Shown here: positions 39,159 through 49,531 of the stretch, in pieces
How positions within the stretch are numbered: position 1 is the first letter of the stretch
How the letters are laid out: every line of letters begins with the position of its first letter
NCBI GenBank assembly: GCA_041650055.1
Contig: JBAZLV010000004.1
Span: 33,675 to 97,674, forward strand
DNA: 64,000 nt
Origin: Nitrospirota bacterium
GTDB taxonomy: Bacteria > Nitrospirota > UBA9217
Direction of reading: 5' to 3'
Program-made: the position numbers and the translations under genes
Notes under the pieces: model-generated
What the model saw: only the letters and a program-made list of their open reading frames with translations
Database searches by the model: none
Told to the model about the DNA's origin: nothing

Positions 39159-40859
39159 TTGTGGTACATTTGGAATCAATACACGTCGTCAAGGAGCACT
39201 CGTATACCTCTCATTCACGGAAATACAACCGGTTTAAAACCTGCACAGATTAAAACGATTGAACGATTGTATCGCAGAAAAATGCCGCCTGAAATGCTCA
39301 TATCTCCTGAGGCTGCCCGGCTGCTGGCCGAAGCATCGGCTGCAATCGGGAGACAGATTGGGCTTCTGATTGACCGTTCCGGTTCAGTAAGAAATGTGCT
39401 GATAGGAACAAACAAGGACATTCTTATTCCCGAGCTTTCAGAATATCGGCTCGGCACACGCCGGCTTCGGGGTATCAGGTTCATTCATACGCATCTGAAA
39501 GATCAGCCGCTCAACCAGGAGGATATTACGGATCTTGCGCTCCTCCGGCTGGATATGATCGCCGCGCTGACCATTACAAAAGACGGCCTGCCCAAAACAA
39601 TTTCCGTTGCGTATCTTCTTCCTCCAAACCCTAAAAACGAGTTGTATGAAGTGCTTGCTCCACAGCCGGTTTCACGGCTCAATCTCAAGGTAGATGAATT
39701 CATAGCAGATATTGAGCGCCAGATGGAACGAGCCCGGGCTGCCAGGGAGGTTGCAGGAAAAGACCGGGCAATTCTGGTAAGAGTTTCTAAAAAAAGCAGG
39801 CAGGAACAGGAAGAATCGATTGAAGAGTTAAAGGAACTCGCACGTTCAGATGCCGTCACCGTGCTGGATACGGTTGTTCAGCGTCTTCATGATCTCAATC
39901 CAAAATATCTCATGGGAGAAGGCAAACTCAAGGAATTGATTATCCGTTCGCAACAAGTGGGCGCGGATTTGATCGTTTTTAACCAGGATCTGACCCCTGC
40001 CCAGGTAAAGGCCATCGGTGATATCACTGAAATGCGCGTCATCGACCGCACCCAGCTTATCCTTGATATTTTCGCGCGCCGGGCGCACAGCGCAGACGGA
40101 AAGGTACAGGTCGAGCTTGCGCAACTCCGATATCGGCTCCCCAGGCTCTCAGAACGTTCAACAGCCCTTTCCCGCCTCACGGGCGGAATTGGCGGAAGAG
40201 GTCCCGGAGAAACGCGGCTCGAGATAGACATGCGGCGGGCACGTGATCGGATCAGGAGACTTGAAAAACAGCTTGATGCGCTCGGAAAAGCGCGGGAACA
40301 GCGGCGCGAAAAACGCGTACACAGCGCCATTCCAATTGTCTCGATTGCCGGATATACCAACGCTGGCAAATCCACTCTGTTTAATGCACTCACGAAATCC
40401 GAAGTCACGGCAGAAAATCTTCTTTTTGCCACGCTCGATACCGCAACCCGAAGACTTCGATTCCCCCGCGACCGTGAAGTGGTTATTACGGACACCGTTG
40501 GATTTATTCAGGAACTTCCGAAAGAGCTCCTGGGAGCGTTTCGTGCAACGCTCGATGAAATGCAGGATGCAACCATTATTTTGCATGTGGTTGATATGAG
40601 CACTCCGCGATTCGAGCAACAAATGACGTCAGTTGACCAACTATTGACCGAAATCGGTCTTGATCATATTCCCCGTATTCTCGTATTCAACAAAATTGAC
40701 CTGGTAAATCCGTCGTGGGCGAAAGTAATTGCAGCCCGGTACAGGGGCGTCCTGTGCAGCGCTGTTCATCCGCATACATTCAGACCGCTCCTGCAGGAAA
40801 TTGAAAAAAGTATATGGCCGGAAAACAGGCAACCCAGGCCGGAGCATGCGAAAAAATGA
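39159..40859 (+). CDS. hflX: GTPase HflX (long form with an N-terminal extension; start uncertain, the ORF begins with TTG).
   Basis: G1 'IAGYTNAGKSTLFNALT', G3 'DTVGF', G4 'NKID'. The upstream HflX N-domain begins near 'KDRAILV'. Confidence 0.8.
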   Translation: MWYIWNQYTSSRSTRIPLIHGNTTGLKPAQIKTIERLYRRKMPPEMLISPEAARLLAEASAAIGRQIGLLIDRSGSVRNVLIGTNKDILIPELSEYRLGTRRLRGIRFIHTHLKDQPLNQEDITDLALLRLDMIAALTITKDGLPKTISVAYLLPPNPKNELYEVLAPQPVSRLNLKVDEFIADIERQMERARAAREVAGKDRAILVRVSKKSRQEQEESIEELKELARSDAVTVLDTVVQRLHDLNPKYLMGEGKLKELIIRSQQVGADLIVFNQDLTPAQVKAIGDITEMRVIDRTQLILDIFARRAHSADGKVQVELAQLRYRLPRLSERSTALSRLTGGIGGRGPGETRLEIDMRRARDRIRRLEKQLDALGKAREQRREKRVHSAIPIVSIAGYTNAGKSTLFNALTKSEVTAENLLFATLDTATRRLRFPRDREVVITDTVGFIQELPKELLGAFRATLDEMQDATIILHVVDMSTPRFEQQMTSVDQLLTEIGLDHIPRILVFNKIDLVNPSWAKVIAARYRGVLCSAVHPHTFRPLLQEIEKSIWPENRQPRPEHAKK

Positions 40860-41012
40860 GTTTCCAACAAAATAACGTTTTGACAAATATTGATTTTATA
40901 CCTATAATACGATTGGTTTCATATATAAGCTTCAAACGCCTTTCATTGTCGTGGGAAAAAGAGTGAAGATTAAGATGCACATGGGAAGCTATCCATTGGG
41001 AGGACATTAATT

Positions 41013-42263
41013 ATGGAAACGAGTGAACCGGGGAAAAGCAAGTTCCCGTTGTGGATGCAAATTCTCGTGGGTCTTCTTTTCGGCGTGGTTGTCGGAATGG
41101 TATGGCCCGGGGTTGGAGTAATGTTGCAGCCGATCGGCACTGCCTTTGTCAAGGCGACAAAAATGCTCGTTATGCCTCTTGTATTCACCGCCGTTACGCT
41201 CGGTGTGTATCGCATGGGTTTGGATTTGCGACAGTTGGGAAGGCTTGGAGGAATCGCGTTTCTCTGGTTTTATGTTGCAACCGGAATTTCAATTGCTTTG
41301 GGAATCGGACTGAACCAGGTTTTCCATCCCGCTGCCGGTGTCCCGCTCCTGATAGCCGGAAATATTCCGCAGAATCTTGCCACGTCGGTCGATTGGACCA
41401 AGTTCTTTCTCGATATGATTCCTGATAATATTGTGACCTCTGTTGCACAGCAGAAAATCATCCCGACCCTGTTTTTTTCAGTCTGCTTCGGGCTTGGACT
41501 GGCTGCACTACGGGATACGGCAAAGCCATTCATCAATATTTTGGACATTATTATGCAGGCCATGTTTAAACTTACGTCCGGCGTTATGGCAACAGCGCCC
41601 TTCGCGGTTTCTGCAATCATGGCATGGGTGGTGGCAACCCAGGGAAGCAAACTGATTCTTGCAACCAGCAAACTGATCGGCACACTGTATATTGGTCTTT
41701 TTATTCTTATTCTGTTTTTCTGGCTTATTCTCTGGATCCTGAAGGAAAAACCATTCCAGACAACGAAACTGGTCATGGAACCGCTTTTGATTGCCTTTGC
41801 TACAGCGTCCTCTGAGGTTACCCTGCCAACCCATATGAAAATCCTGCAACAGGCAGGGATACCCAACAAGGTGGTTTCATTCGTTCTTCCGGTCGGATAC
41901 AGCTTTAACCTCGACGGATCAACGCTCTATCAGTCACTTGCCGTCTGCTTTTTGGTGGAAGCGTATGGATTTCATATCGATCTTCCCTCCATTTTGACCA
42001 TTTTGTTTACGACCTTCATTGCGAGTAAGGGAACGGTTGGTATGCCTGGCGCTTCACTCGTCGTGCTCGCGGTGATCCTGACAGCTGTCGGTCTTCCTCT
42101 TGAAGGAATCGCCATGCTGGCGGCATTTGACCGGTTTATGGATATGGGCCGTACCACGCTGAATGTGTTCGGCAATACCATTGCAGCGATCATCATGTAT
42201 CGATTTGGCGGAGACCGGCTTGCTGAAACGGAAACTACTGAAGCAGAGGTAGTAAGCGCATAA
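41013..42263 (+). CDS. Dicarboxylate/amino-acid:cation symporter (DAACS family), paralogue 1.
   Basis: 'KFPLWMQILVGLLFGVVVGM' start. Conserved 'GKGTVGMPGASLVVLAVILTAVGLP' and 'AFDRFMDMGRTTLNVFGN' motifs. Confidence 0.8.
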   Translation: METSEPGKSKFPLWMQILVGLLFGVVVGMVWPGVGVMLQPIGTAFVKATKMLVMPLVFTAVTLGVYRMGLDLRQLGRLGGIAFLWFYVATGISIALGIGLNQVFHPAAGVPLLIAGNIPQNLATSVDWTKFFLDMIPDNIVTSVAQQKIIPTLFFSVCFGLGLAALRDTAKPFINILDIIMQAMFKLTSGVMATAPFAVSAIMAWVVATQGSKLILATSKLIGTLYIGLFILILFFWLILWILKEKPFQTTKLVMEPLLIAFATASSEVTLPTHMKILQQAGIPNKVVSFVLPVGYSFNLDGSTLYQSLAVCFLVEAYGFHIDLPSILTILFTTFIASKGTVGMPGASLVVLAVILTAVGLPLEGIAMLAAFDRFMDMGRTTLNVFGNTIAAIIMYRFGGDRLAETETTEAEVVSA

Positions 42264-42302
42264 TATTCTTGTTTTTAATTAGGAATATCCGATACTAGTA
42301 CA

Positions 42303-42338
42303 AACCGGCTTTTCGTCAGAGAAGCCGGTTTTTTTTAT
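42303..42338 (+). terminator. Rho-independent terminator.
   Basis: AACCGGCTT-ttcgtcagag-AAGCCGGTT followed by TTTTTTT. Confidence 0.7.
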
Positions 42339-42431
42339 TCTGGATAAAGAGCTCTCGCACATGCTACAATTTGATACAGAACCGGATGAAACGGTCTGTC
42401 CAGGCATGTGTCCTAGAGGAGGAATGAGAGA

Positions 42432-43421
42432 ATGGATTTTATCTGTTCCCAATGCAAAAAAACATATCCGATTGACAGCATTCATTATCAGTGCGAATGT
42501 GGAGGACTTTTTCAACTTGGGAAAGAAAAAAACGAAACGGTCAGTACGGCAATCTCTCTGGGAGAAGTTACAACCCCGCTCCTCAAAAGAACCGTGCTGC
42601 AGAGAGATGTTTTTTTGAAAATAGATTATATGAACCCTACCGGATCTTTTAAAGACCGTGGCGCACAGGTGCTCATTAATGCAGTACACGAACGAGGGAT
42701 ACGGGAAGTTGTTGAAGATTCCTCCGGAAATGCAGGTGCCGCCATTGCCGGGTACTGTGCTGCAGCAGGAATACGATGCAATATCTATCTGCCGGAAGAC
42801 ACATCCGCAGGAAAGATCAAGCAGATCAGCGCCTATAAAGCAACCATCGTGAAAGTTCCCGGGACGCGGGCAGATACGTCAAAAGCCGTTTTAAAAGCTG
42901 CTGAATCAACGTATTATGCTTCACATGTGTATAATCCACTTTTCTTTGAAGGTACGAAGTCTCTTGCCTATGAAATCTATGATCAGATCGGAGTTCCCGA
43001 CTACCTTGTCGTTCCGGCCGGGAACGGAACCATGCTGCTTGGCGCGTATATCGGCTTTCAGGAGATTGGAAAGCTTCCGCGAATAATCGCCGTTCAAAGC
43101 AACCGGTGTGCTCCGGTTTTTGCCAAATGGAAGAATCAGCCGCCGGGCGAATGCACACCGACTATTGCAGAAGGCATCGCTATCAAGGAGCCAAAAAGAA
43201 TAGATGAAATGATTAATGCGATACGACAAAGCAACGGAGATGTGATAACGGTTGACGACGATGAGACAAAGAAGGCTCAAGACATTCTTGCGGGAATGGG
43301 TTTTTATATGGAACCGACTTCAGGAGCAGCGGTTGCAGGGATGCTGCGGTACTTTCCGGAAGGATATGATAAAAATCTGACCATTGTCGTTCCGTTAACA
43401 GGCAGTGGATTAAAAAAGTAA
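42432..43421 (+). CDS. Threonine-synthase-like PLP enzyme with an N-terminal zinc ribbon (archaeal-type ThrC homologue).
   Basis: 'CSQCKK...CECGG' ribbon. 'NPTGSFKDRGA' PLP-lysine motif. 'SSGNAGAAIAGYCAAAGI' glycine loop. Confidence 0.65.
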   Translation: MDFICSQCKKTYPIDSIHYQCECGGLFQLGKEKNETVSTAISLGEVTTPLLKRTVLQRDVFLKIDYMNPTGSFKDRGAQVLINAVHERGIREVVEDSSGNAGAAIAGYCAAAGIRCNIYLPEDTSAGKIKQISAYKATIVKVPGTRADTSKAVLKAAESTYYASHVYNPLFFEGTKSLAYEIYDQIGVPDYLVVPAGNGTMLLGAYIGFQEIGKLPRIIAVQSNRCAPVFAKWKNQPPGECTPTIAEGIAIKEPKRIDEMINAIRQSNGDVITVDDDETKKAQDILAGMGFYMEPTSGAAVAGMLRYFPEGYDKNLTIVVPLTGSGLKK

Positions 43422-43468
43422 TATAACCCCTTTCAGGGTGTATGGCATGAACATACAAAAAGGAGCGA

Positions 43469-44452
43469 ATGACGACTGAAATCGTTGTCTTGAACGATGC
43501 GGAAGTGGAAAAACTGATTTCATTTGATGAAACCATGCGCATGATTGAGCATGCGTTCAGTGACTACGCCATGGGGAAAAGCCGCGTGTTCCCTGTTATC
43601 AGGGAAGAGATACCGGCCTACCAGGGTTTATTCGGCATCAAATCCGGGTACCTGGAAACGAGCGATGTCCTGGGTTTCAAAGCCGGCGGCTTTTGGTCGA
43701 ATAATAAAAACAAGGGACTGGCGAATCATCAGTCGGTTATCGTGTTATTCAATCCAGCAACCGGCCAACCCTGCGCGTTTGTTGCAGCCAATTTTGTAAC
43801 ACAAATCCGCACTGCAGCCATCGGCGCTCTTGCGTGCAAATACCTGGCTCGGCCGGATTGCCGCTCCCTCGCAGTCATCGGCACCGGGCAACAAGGAAGA
43901 AATCAGCTTCGTGCAACACTCAAGGTTCTCCCCTCTATCAAGAAAATATATCTCTACGACATCAATATTTCCTCTGCAACAACACTGGCCCGGGATATGG
44001 CTTCCTCGTCCCAGGAAATCCGTGTTGCTGAATCGCCGCAGCAAGCCTGCACAGATGCTGATGTCATTATAACTACCACTTCGAGTTACCAGGCAATTGT
44101 CCTGGATGCATGGATCAAACCGGGAACGCACATCAATGCCATTGGCACGGATACGCGCGGAAAGCAGGAGCTCGATCCAGCCATTTTTTCCCGGGCAATG
44201 GTTATCGTTGATAACAAAAAACAATGCCTCTATCTCGGCGAATGTCAGCATGCCTATACCGCAGGTATTATTACACCGGAATCGATTGATGAGCTTGGTG
44301 AAATCATTACCAAAAGGAAATCCAGGCCAGCGGATCAGAATCAAATTACTATTTTCGATACGACCGGAGTGGCGATCCAGGATCTAGCCACGGCCGGCTA
44401 TGCTTTTGAACAAACGCGCAAAAAAGGCGTTGGCAGCAGAATACATCTCTAA
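43469..44452 (+). CDS. Ornithine cyclodeaminase / mu-crystallin family NAD(P)-dependent enzyme.
   Basis: Rossmann motif 'LAVIGTGQQGRNQL' and OCD-family N-terminus 'FPVIREEIPAYQGLFGIKSGY'. Confidence 0.75.
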   Translation: MTTEIVVLNDAEVEKLISFDETMRMIEHAFSDYAMGKSRVFPVIREEIPAYQGLFGIKSGYLETSDVLGFKAGGFWSNNKNKGLANHQSVIVLFNPATGQPCAFVAANFVTQIRTAAIGALACKYLARPDCRSLAVIGTGQQGRNQLRATLKVLPSIKKIYLYDINISSATTLARDMASSSQEIRVAESPQQACTDADVIITTTSSYQAIVLDAWIKPGTHINAIGTDTRGKQELDPAIFSRAMVIVDNKKQCLYLGECQHAYTAGIITPESIDELGEIITKRKSRPADQNQITIFDTTGVAIQDLATAGYAFEQTRKKGVGSRIHL

Positions 44453-44574
44453 ATGAAAGTGGAGCCCTTCCGGCAGGAGCCGGGGGGATTCCCTGTCGCA
44501 GGGATTGAGCATGAATATCCTTTTACCTGCAATAAAAATAAGCTAGAGCGGGTAGTCCTTTTGAGGAGAAAAAA

Positions 44575-45711
44575 ATGAATCTTTCCGAATTAGAAACCCC
44601 CTGCCTTCTTCTCGACAAGCAAAAACTGGAAAAGAATATCAGCACGATGCATCAAAAATTGGCTCGTCTCAATGTTCCGCTCAGACCGCATGGAAAAACG
44701 GCAAAATGTTTTGAGGTCATCCGTCTTGCCCTCAAAGGACAACCCGGAGGAATCACCGTCTCCACCCTGAAAGAAGCGGAATATTATTTTGATCACGGCA
44801 TAACCGATATCCTGTATGCGGTGGGAATAGCTCCAGTCAAACTGGAACGAATTGCACGTTTACAAAAAAGAGGAGCCGCGATAACAATCATTCTTGATAC
44901 GCTTGAACAGATCCACATGGTGGCAGCAGCCGGCCGAAGGCTGGAAACAACCTTTCCTGCATTGATAGAATTGGACAGTGACGGCCATCGATCAGGCATA
45001 ACGCTCGGTGACCCCCTGCTCCTTGAGCTTGGTCATACGTTGAACAGGCAAGCAGGGGTTGCATTGAAAGGTGTCCTGACACATGCCGGCGGATCCTATG
45101 ATGCCAGATCAACGGATGAAATTCGTTCCATCGCTGTACAAGAGCGGAACGTAGCCGTAGGCTGCGCTCAGCAGCTGCGAAATGCAGGATTACCGTGTCC
45201 GATCGTGAGTGTGGGTTCGACTCCGACTGCTGTTTTTGATGAAGACCTGACCGGCGTAACCGAGGTTCGTGCCGGTGTTTTTATGTTTTACGACTTGTTC
45301 ATGGCAGGTCTGGGGGTTTGTTCCATCGATGATATTGCCCTTTCCGTCCTTGGGTCAGTGATTGGATATCAAAAAAAGAAAGGATGGATCATTACGGATA
45401 CGGGTTGGATGTCGTTATCGCGTGATCGGGGCACTGCCCGTCAGAAACTGGATCAGGGATATGGCCTGGTCTGCCAGCCAAATGGAAGTTTGCTGTCCGA
45501 TTTAATTGTGGGCTCTACGAATCAAGAACACGGAATAATTCAGAATCGTCAGGGAAATGCAATTACGTATGCAAACTATCCCATTGGCAGCATGCTGAGG
45601 ATTCTTCCGAATCATGCATGTGCAACTGCAGCAATGCATGATAGATATTATGTTGTAAACGGTGATGGTCCTGAAGTGATGGATATCTGGTATCGGATAA
45701 ACGGCTGGTAA
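44575..45711 (+). CDS. Alanine-racemase-fold PLP enzyme of the DSD1 / D-threonine aldolase / D-serine dehydratase-like family.
   Basis: 'LRPHGKTAKC' (the PLP-Lys motif of the family). About 380 aa. GAGGAGAAAAAA-ATG. Confidence 0.7.
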   Translation: MNLSELETPCLLLDKQKLEKNISTMHQKLARLNVPLRPHGKTAKCFEVIRLALKGQPGGITVSTLKEAEYYFDHGITDILYAVGIAPVKLERIARLQKRGAAITIILDTLEQIHMVAAAGRRLETTFPALIELDSDGHRSGITLGDPLLLELGHTLNRQAGVALKGVLTHAGGSYDARSTDEIRSIAVQERNVAVGCAQQLRNAGLPCPIVSVGSTPTAVFDEDLTGVTEVRAGVFMFYDLFMAGLGVCSIDDIALSVLGSVIGYQKKKGWIITDTGWMSLSRDRGTARQKLDQGYGLVCQPNGSLLSDLIVGSTNQEHGIIQNRQGNAITYANYPIGSMLRILPNHACATAAMHDRYYVVNGDGPEVMDIWYRINGW

Positions 45712-45725
45712 AGGCTTCTGCCTGG

Positions 45726-45766
45726 AAAAAAAGGCTATGTCCCATATGGGGCATAGCCTTTTTTAT
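45726..45766. terminator. Bidirectional rho-independent terminator between convergent genes.
   Basis: AAAAAAAGGCTATGTCCC-atat-GGGGCATAGCCTTTTTT. Confidence 0.7.
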
Positions 45767-45780
45767 TGCAAGAAAACGTA

Positions 45781-47019
45781 TTACGCAACTACTGCATCGT
45801 CGGTCTGCACGCCCTTACCGCCGAACTTATAGAGCAAGAGTGCGGCACAGGTGTTACCGAACACATTGATCATGGTGCGGCCCATATCCATGAAGCGGTC
45901 AACACCGGCGAGAATGGCTATGGATTCAACCGGAAGACCGATTGAGGTCAGGATCACGGCCAGCACAACCAAGGAAGCTGCAGGAACGTTTGCAGTACCC
46001 TTGTTGGCAACAAGCGTCGTGATCAGGATGGTGATAATTGCGGATGTGTCGAGGTGCAGTCCATAGGCTTCGGCCAGGAAGGTGACAGCCAGTGACTGAT
46101 ACATGGCGGAACCATCAAGGTTGAAGCTGTATCCCAACGGAATAACGAACGATACGACCTTGTTCGGGATTCCCAGCTTGTGCTCGAGGATGTCCATGAG
46201 CACGGGAAGCGTAACTTCAGATGATGCCGTGGTGAAGGCCAGCAACAGCGGCTCTGCCACTATTCTGGTGGTCTGGATTGGCTTCATTTTGATGAGCAAT
46301 AAGAGTATCCAGAAAAGAACCATAACCACGAGGATACCGACATACAGAACACCGATAAGTTTTGCCATACCAAGCAACAGTTTCGCACCCTGGGTTGCGA
46401 TAACCCATGCCATGATACCGGCAACGGCATACGGAGCGGTTGCGATGATACCTGCGGTCAGTTTGAACATTGCCTGCAGAATGCCTTCCATGATTGCAAC
46501 TACCGGCTTGCCGGCTTCTTTTACGAAGGCAAGGCAGAGACCGAAGCAGATCGCGAAGAACAATACAGGAATGATCTTCTGTTGTGCAGCAGCCATGATG
46601 ACATTGTCCGGGATCAGGTTAAGGAAGAACGCTACCCAGTCAACTGAGGTCGCGAGGTTGGCCGGAATGCTGCCACCGGTCGCCTCAAGCGTAATACCCA
46701 TGCCCGGATGAAATACAGCATTCAAAGTAATACCGATAACAACGGCTACGCCTGTGGCAAAATAGAACCAGATAAATGCCAGTGCGCCAAGGCGACCCAA
46801 TGACTTGAGGTCGGCTCCCATTTTGTAAATGCCGAGCGTAACAGCACAGAACACCAGCGGAATCACGATCATTTTAATTGCTTTGATGAACGCGAGTCCG
46901 AGCGGCCGGAGCGCTGCTCCGAATGTCGGCCACAACAACCCGATGATGGTACCGATAACCAAACCAAGTACAATTTGTATCCACAGCGGAAACTTACTTT
47001 TTTTCTTTGATTCTTCCAT
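45781..47019 (-). CDS. DAACS-family symporter, paralogue 2 (inverted relative to paralogue 1).
   Basis: Start at MEESKKKSKFPLWIQI. High similarity to the 41013-42263 product throughout (e.g. 'AFDRFMDMGRT(T/M)(L/I)NVFGN'). Confidence 0.8.
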   Translation of the reverse strand: MEESKKKSKFPLWIQIVLGLVIGTIIGLLWPTFGAALRPLGLAFIKAIKMIVIPLVFCAVTLGIYKMGADLKSLGRLGALAFIWFYFATGVAVVIGITLNAVFHPGMGITLEATGGSIPANLATSVDWVAFFLNLIPDNVIMAAAQQKIIPVLFFAICFGLCLAFVKEAGKPVVAIMEGILQAMFKLTAGIIATAPYAVAGIMAWVIATQGAKLLLGMAKLIGVLYVGILVVMVLFWILLLLIKMKPIQTTRIVAEPLLLAFTTASSEVTLPVLMDILEHKLGIPNKVVSFVIPLGYSFNLDGSAMYQSLAVTFLAEAYGLHLDTSAIITILITTLVANKGTANVPAASLVVLAVILTSIGLPVESIAILAGVDRFMDMGRTMINVFGNTCAALLLYKFGGKGVQTDDAVVA

Positions 47020-47552
47020 TATTATTCCCCCTCCTTTTATTTGAATACACTTCTTAACTTTATCGTTTTTGGATTCGGGCGCTCCAATCGCCGTCCTCGG
47101 CATGGTACGCGCCTAAAAAAACAAATCTACTGCGAAAAACACGAAGCTTGTCTTTTTTACCTCCTTTTCTTTGGATTTATTTAGCACAAAGCTGCATGCG
47201 CAGCTCCGCCGCATAATCGTGGAATACAACCAGTGTTTCTTTCGGTGCGTTTTATTATTATATGAAGACAGAATGAATATATGTATAGATGATTGGTTAC
47301 AGGACGAGGAGTGCCGGAAGGGAAAACAAAATCAGTGATTTTACCGGAAGAATACCAAACCCGGAAAATCTCATGCATAACTCTTTGCAGCATCTTTGAT
47401 ATAGTCTTTTTTGTGCTCATAGCCGCTTTGCGTGCTGCTTATGACATTTTTGGAGCATTGGTAAAAAAGTACTAAATCAGCTCGGTCAGTATAATGATAA
47501 AAGGTGCATTTGTCAAATTTTATTTTTTACCAAAAATGGCAGAAAAAAGAGC

Positions 47553-48941
47553 TTATATGCCGCCGACAGACAACTCCTCCACCCGTAGCGAAGGCGAACC
47601 GATCCTTCCCAGAAACCGGATATCATTCCCAACACCATTTATCTGTTTCATAAGATGAAGCAGATTTCCGGCAATGGTTATTTCACGGACAGGATAGACT
47701 CTGCTGCCTCGTTCGATCCAGAATCCGGTTGCTCCAACGGAAAAATCTCCTGAAATAGAGTTGGCAGTATGCATGCCCATGACTTCGGTCACGAATAAGC
47801 CCTGGTCCAGAGACCCGATCAATTCTTCCAGGGACGGTTTTCCAGGTTCGATATACAAGTTCGTTATGCTGACGCCCGGAATGCCGGCAAATCCCCCCCG
47901 GATCCCGTTTCCTGTGGAGAGAGTGTTATCCCTGTTTGCGGTATACGTATTATAAAGATAGGAAATCAATTTCCCCTTGTCCAGAATGGTCTTCTTTTGC
48001 ATGGGAACCAGCTCGTCGTCTGAAGGTGCGCTACCCAGGCCATGTTCCAGAAGGCCGTTGTCAAGAAGCGTAATTTTGGAAGATGCGACCTGTTGACCGA
48101 GACAGTTTAAAAAAAGCGATTTCTTTTTTTGGACAGTGTCTGCAGCTAAACCGGCTGCAAACAATCCGAGAAATTCCTGCGCTACCGGCGCTTCAAGAAT
48201 TACCGGCACTTTTACGGAGCCGATACGTTTCGCGCCCAACAGGTCGAGCGCCCGCTGCGCGGCCTTGCGCCCTGTTTTTTCAAACGACACGTTCTGATAA
48301 AACCGGTTTATATCGAATTCATAACCTGCCTGCGATTCTCCGCTCTCTTCCGCGACAGTTTCAATGCCGGCAGAACAGAGGGTGCTTTGATAAAAAACCT
48401 GAGCACCTTTCGAATTCAGAATATAGGTCTCAGCATGCACAAAACCAGCCGAGGCCTTGCGAACACGTTTGATCCTGGCATCAACACCAAACGCTTCCCG
48501 CTCGATGGCCATAACACGGTCAATTTTTTCCTGTTCCGCAAGCGACACGATTTCCGGATCATACAAGGAAACGTCCGGATATGGCGTAGAAGGTTTTTCC
48601 GGCAGGGAATGAAATTGATCGGGCTCGGTATTGCGGGCATTCGTTGCTGCGGTTTTCACAAGCGTGGCAATGGCATCATTCGAAAAATCAGTTGTGAAGG
48701 CAAAGCCCATGTGGGATCCGATCAGAACACGAAGACCTGCGCCTCTGTCTTCTGCGCGGTCGAATGCTTCGACCTTTTGGTCTTTTACTTCAATGGATGT
48801 GGAGCGAGAATGCCGCAGAAAAACTTCCGCAGCATCCACGTTGAGATCCTGCGAGCGGGAAAGGATTGTTTCAGCCTGCTGTTTGATAGCGGCATGTTGC
48901 CTGACACGTCCCATGGAAAATGCTCCCGGATTGGCTGACAT
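47553..48941 (-). CDS. TldD/PmbA-family metallopeptidase.
   Basis: About 450 aa with the family pattern 'GAGLRVLIGSHMGFAFT' and 'GFWIERG'. Confidence 0.8.
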   Translation of the reverse strand: MSANPGAFSMGRVRQHAAIKQQAETILSRSQDLNVDAAEVFLRHSRSTSIEVKDQKVEAFDRAEDRGAGLRVLIGSHMGFAFTTDFSNDAIATLVKTAATNARNTEPDQFHSLPEKPSTPYPDVSLYDPEIVSLAEQEKIDRVMAIEREAFGVDARIKRVRKASAGFVHAETYILNSKGAQVFYQSTLCSAGIETVAEESGESQAGYEFDINRFYQNVSFEKTGRKAAQRALDLLGAKRIGSVKVPVILEAPVAQEFLGLFAAGLAADTVQKKKSLFLNCLGQQVASSKITLLDNGLLEHGLGSAPSDDELVPMQKKTILDKGKLISYLYNTYTANRDNTLSTGNGIRGGFAGIPGVSITNLYIEPGKPSLEELIGSLDQGLFVTEVMGMHTANSISGDFSVGATGFWIERGSRVYPVREITIAGNLLHLMKQINGVGNDIRFLGRIGSPSLRVEELSVGGI

Positions 48942-48993
48942 GATTATGTGAAAAGGTATTGGTTTTCACTCTCTGCAATAATGCGTGACTGAA

Positions 48994-49362
48994 TTATTCA
49001 AAATAACTTGCCGACGCGGTATCCGATTCCCATACGGTAACGCTCGCGACTTCGACGTTATTGTCATTGATTTTCTTGGTCATCATATCATAAATCCATT
49101 TGGCAACATTTTCAGATGTCGGATTGATCTGGGTGAATGGAAAAATTTCATTCAGGCAGGTATGTTCGAGCTGATCCAGCACTTCGCGAAGCGCTTTTTT
49201 AAGCGTGTGAAAATCAATGGCCAATCCTTGCTCATCCACTCGTTCTGCGGTCACTGCCATGGTAACACGCCAGTTATGACCATGGAGTTTCTCACACCTA
49301 CCTTGATATCCGCGGAGCTGATGCGCAGCAGCAAATTTTGATTCAACCATGAGTTCGTACAT
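48994..49362 (-). CDS. queD: 6-carboxy-5,6,7,8-tetrahydropterin synthase (6-pyruvoyl-tetrahydropterin-synthase fold).
   Basis: 'CEKLHGHNW' zinc/catalytic motif. About 120 aa. Confidence 0.8.
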   Translation of the reverse strand: MYELMVESKFAAAHQLRGYQGRCEKLHGHNWRVTMAVTAERVDEQGLAIDFHTLKKALREVLDQLEHTCLNEIFPFTQINPTSENVAKWIYDMMTKKINDNNVEVASVTVWESDTASASYFE

Positions 49363-49531
49363 GAGGTCAGATAATATGGCATACGATTTCAAATGTCAAT
49401 ATGGAAAAGTTCGTAGAACAGCAGAAATGCCCTTGGAAAAAACACCCTGTTCAAAATTCAACGGCTTTCTCATCGCTGAAGCCTTTTTGTTTTTTTGTTT
49501 TGTTTAAAACAATCATGGTTCGAAAATATTC

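Noticed and set aside
49505-49525. 'GGTTCGAAA' resembling a tRNA T-arm.
   Set aside because: There is no flanking acceptor or anticodon stem complementarity. The consensus GGTTCGAATCC is not met.
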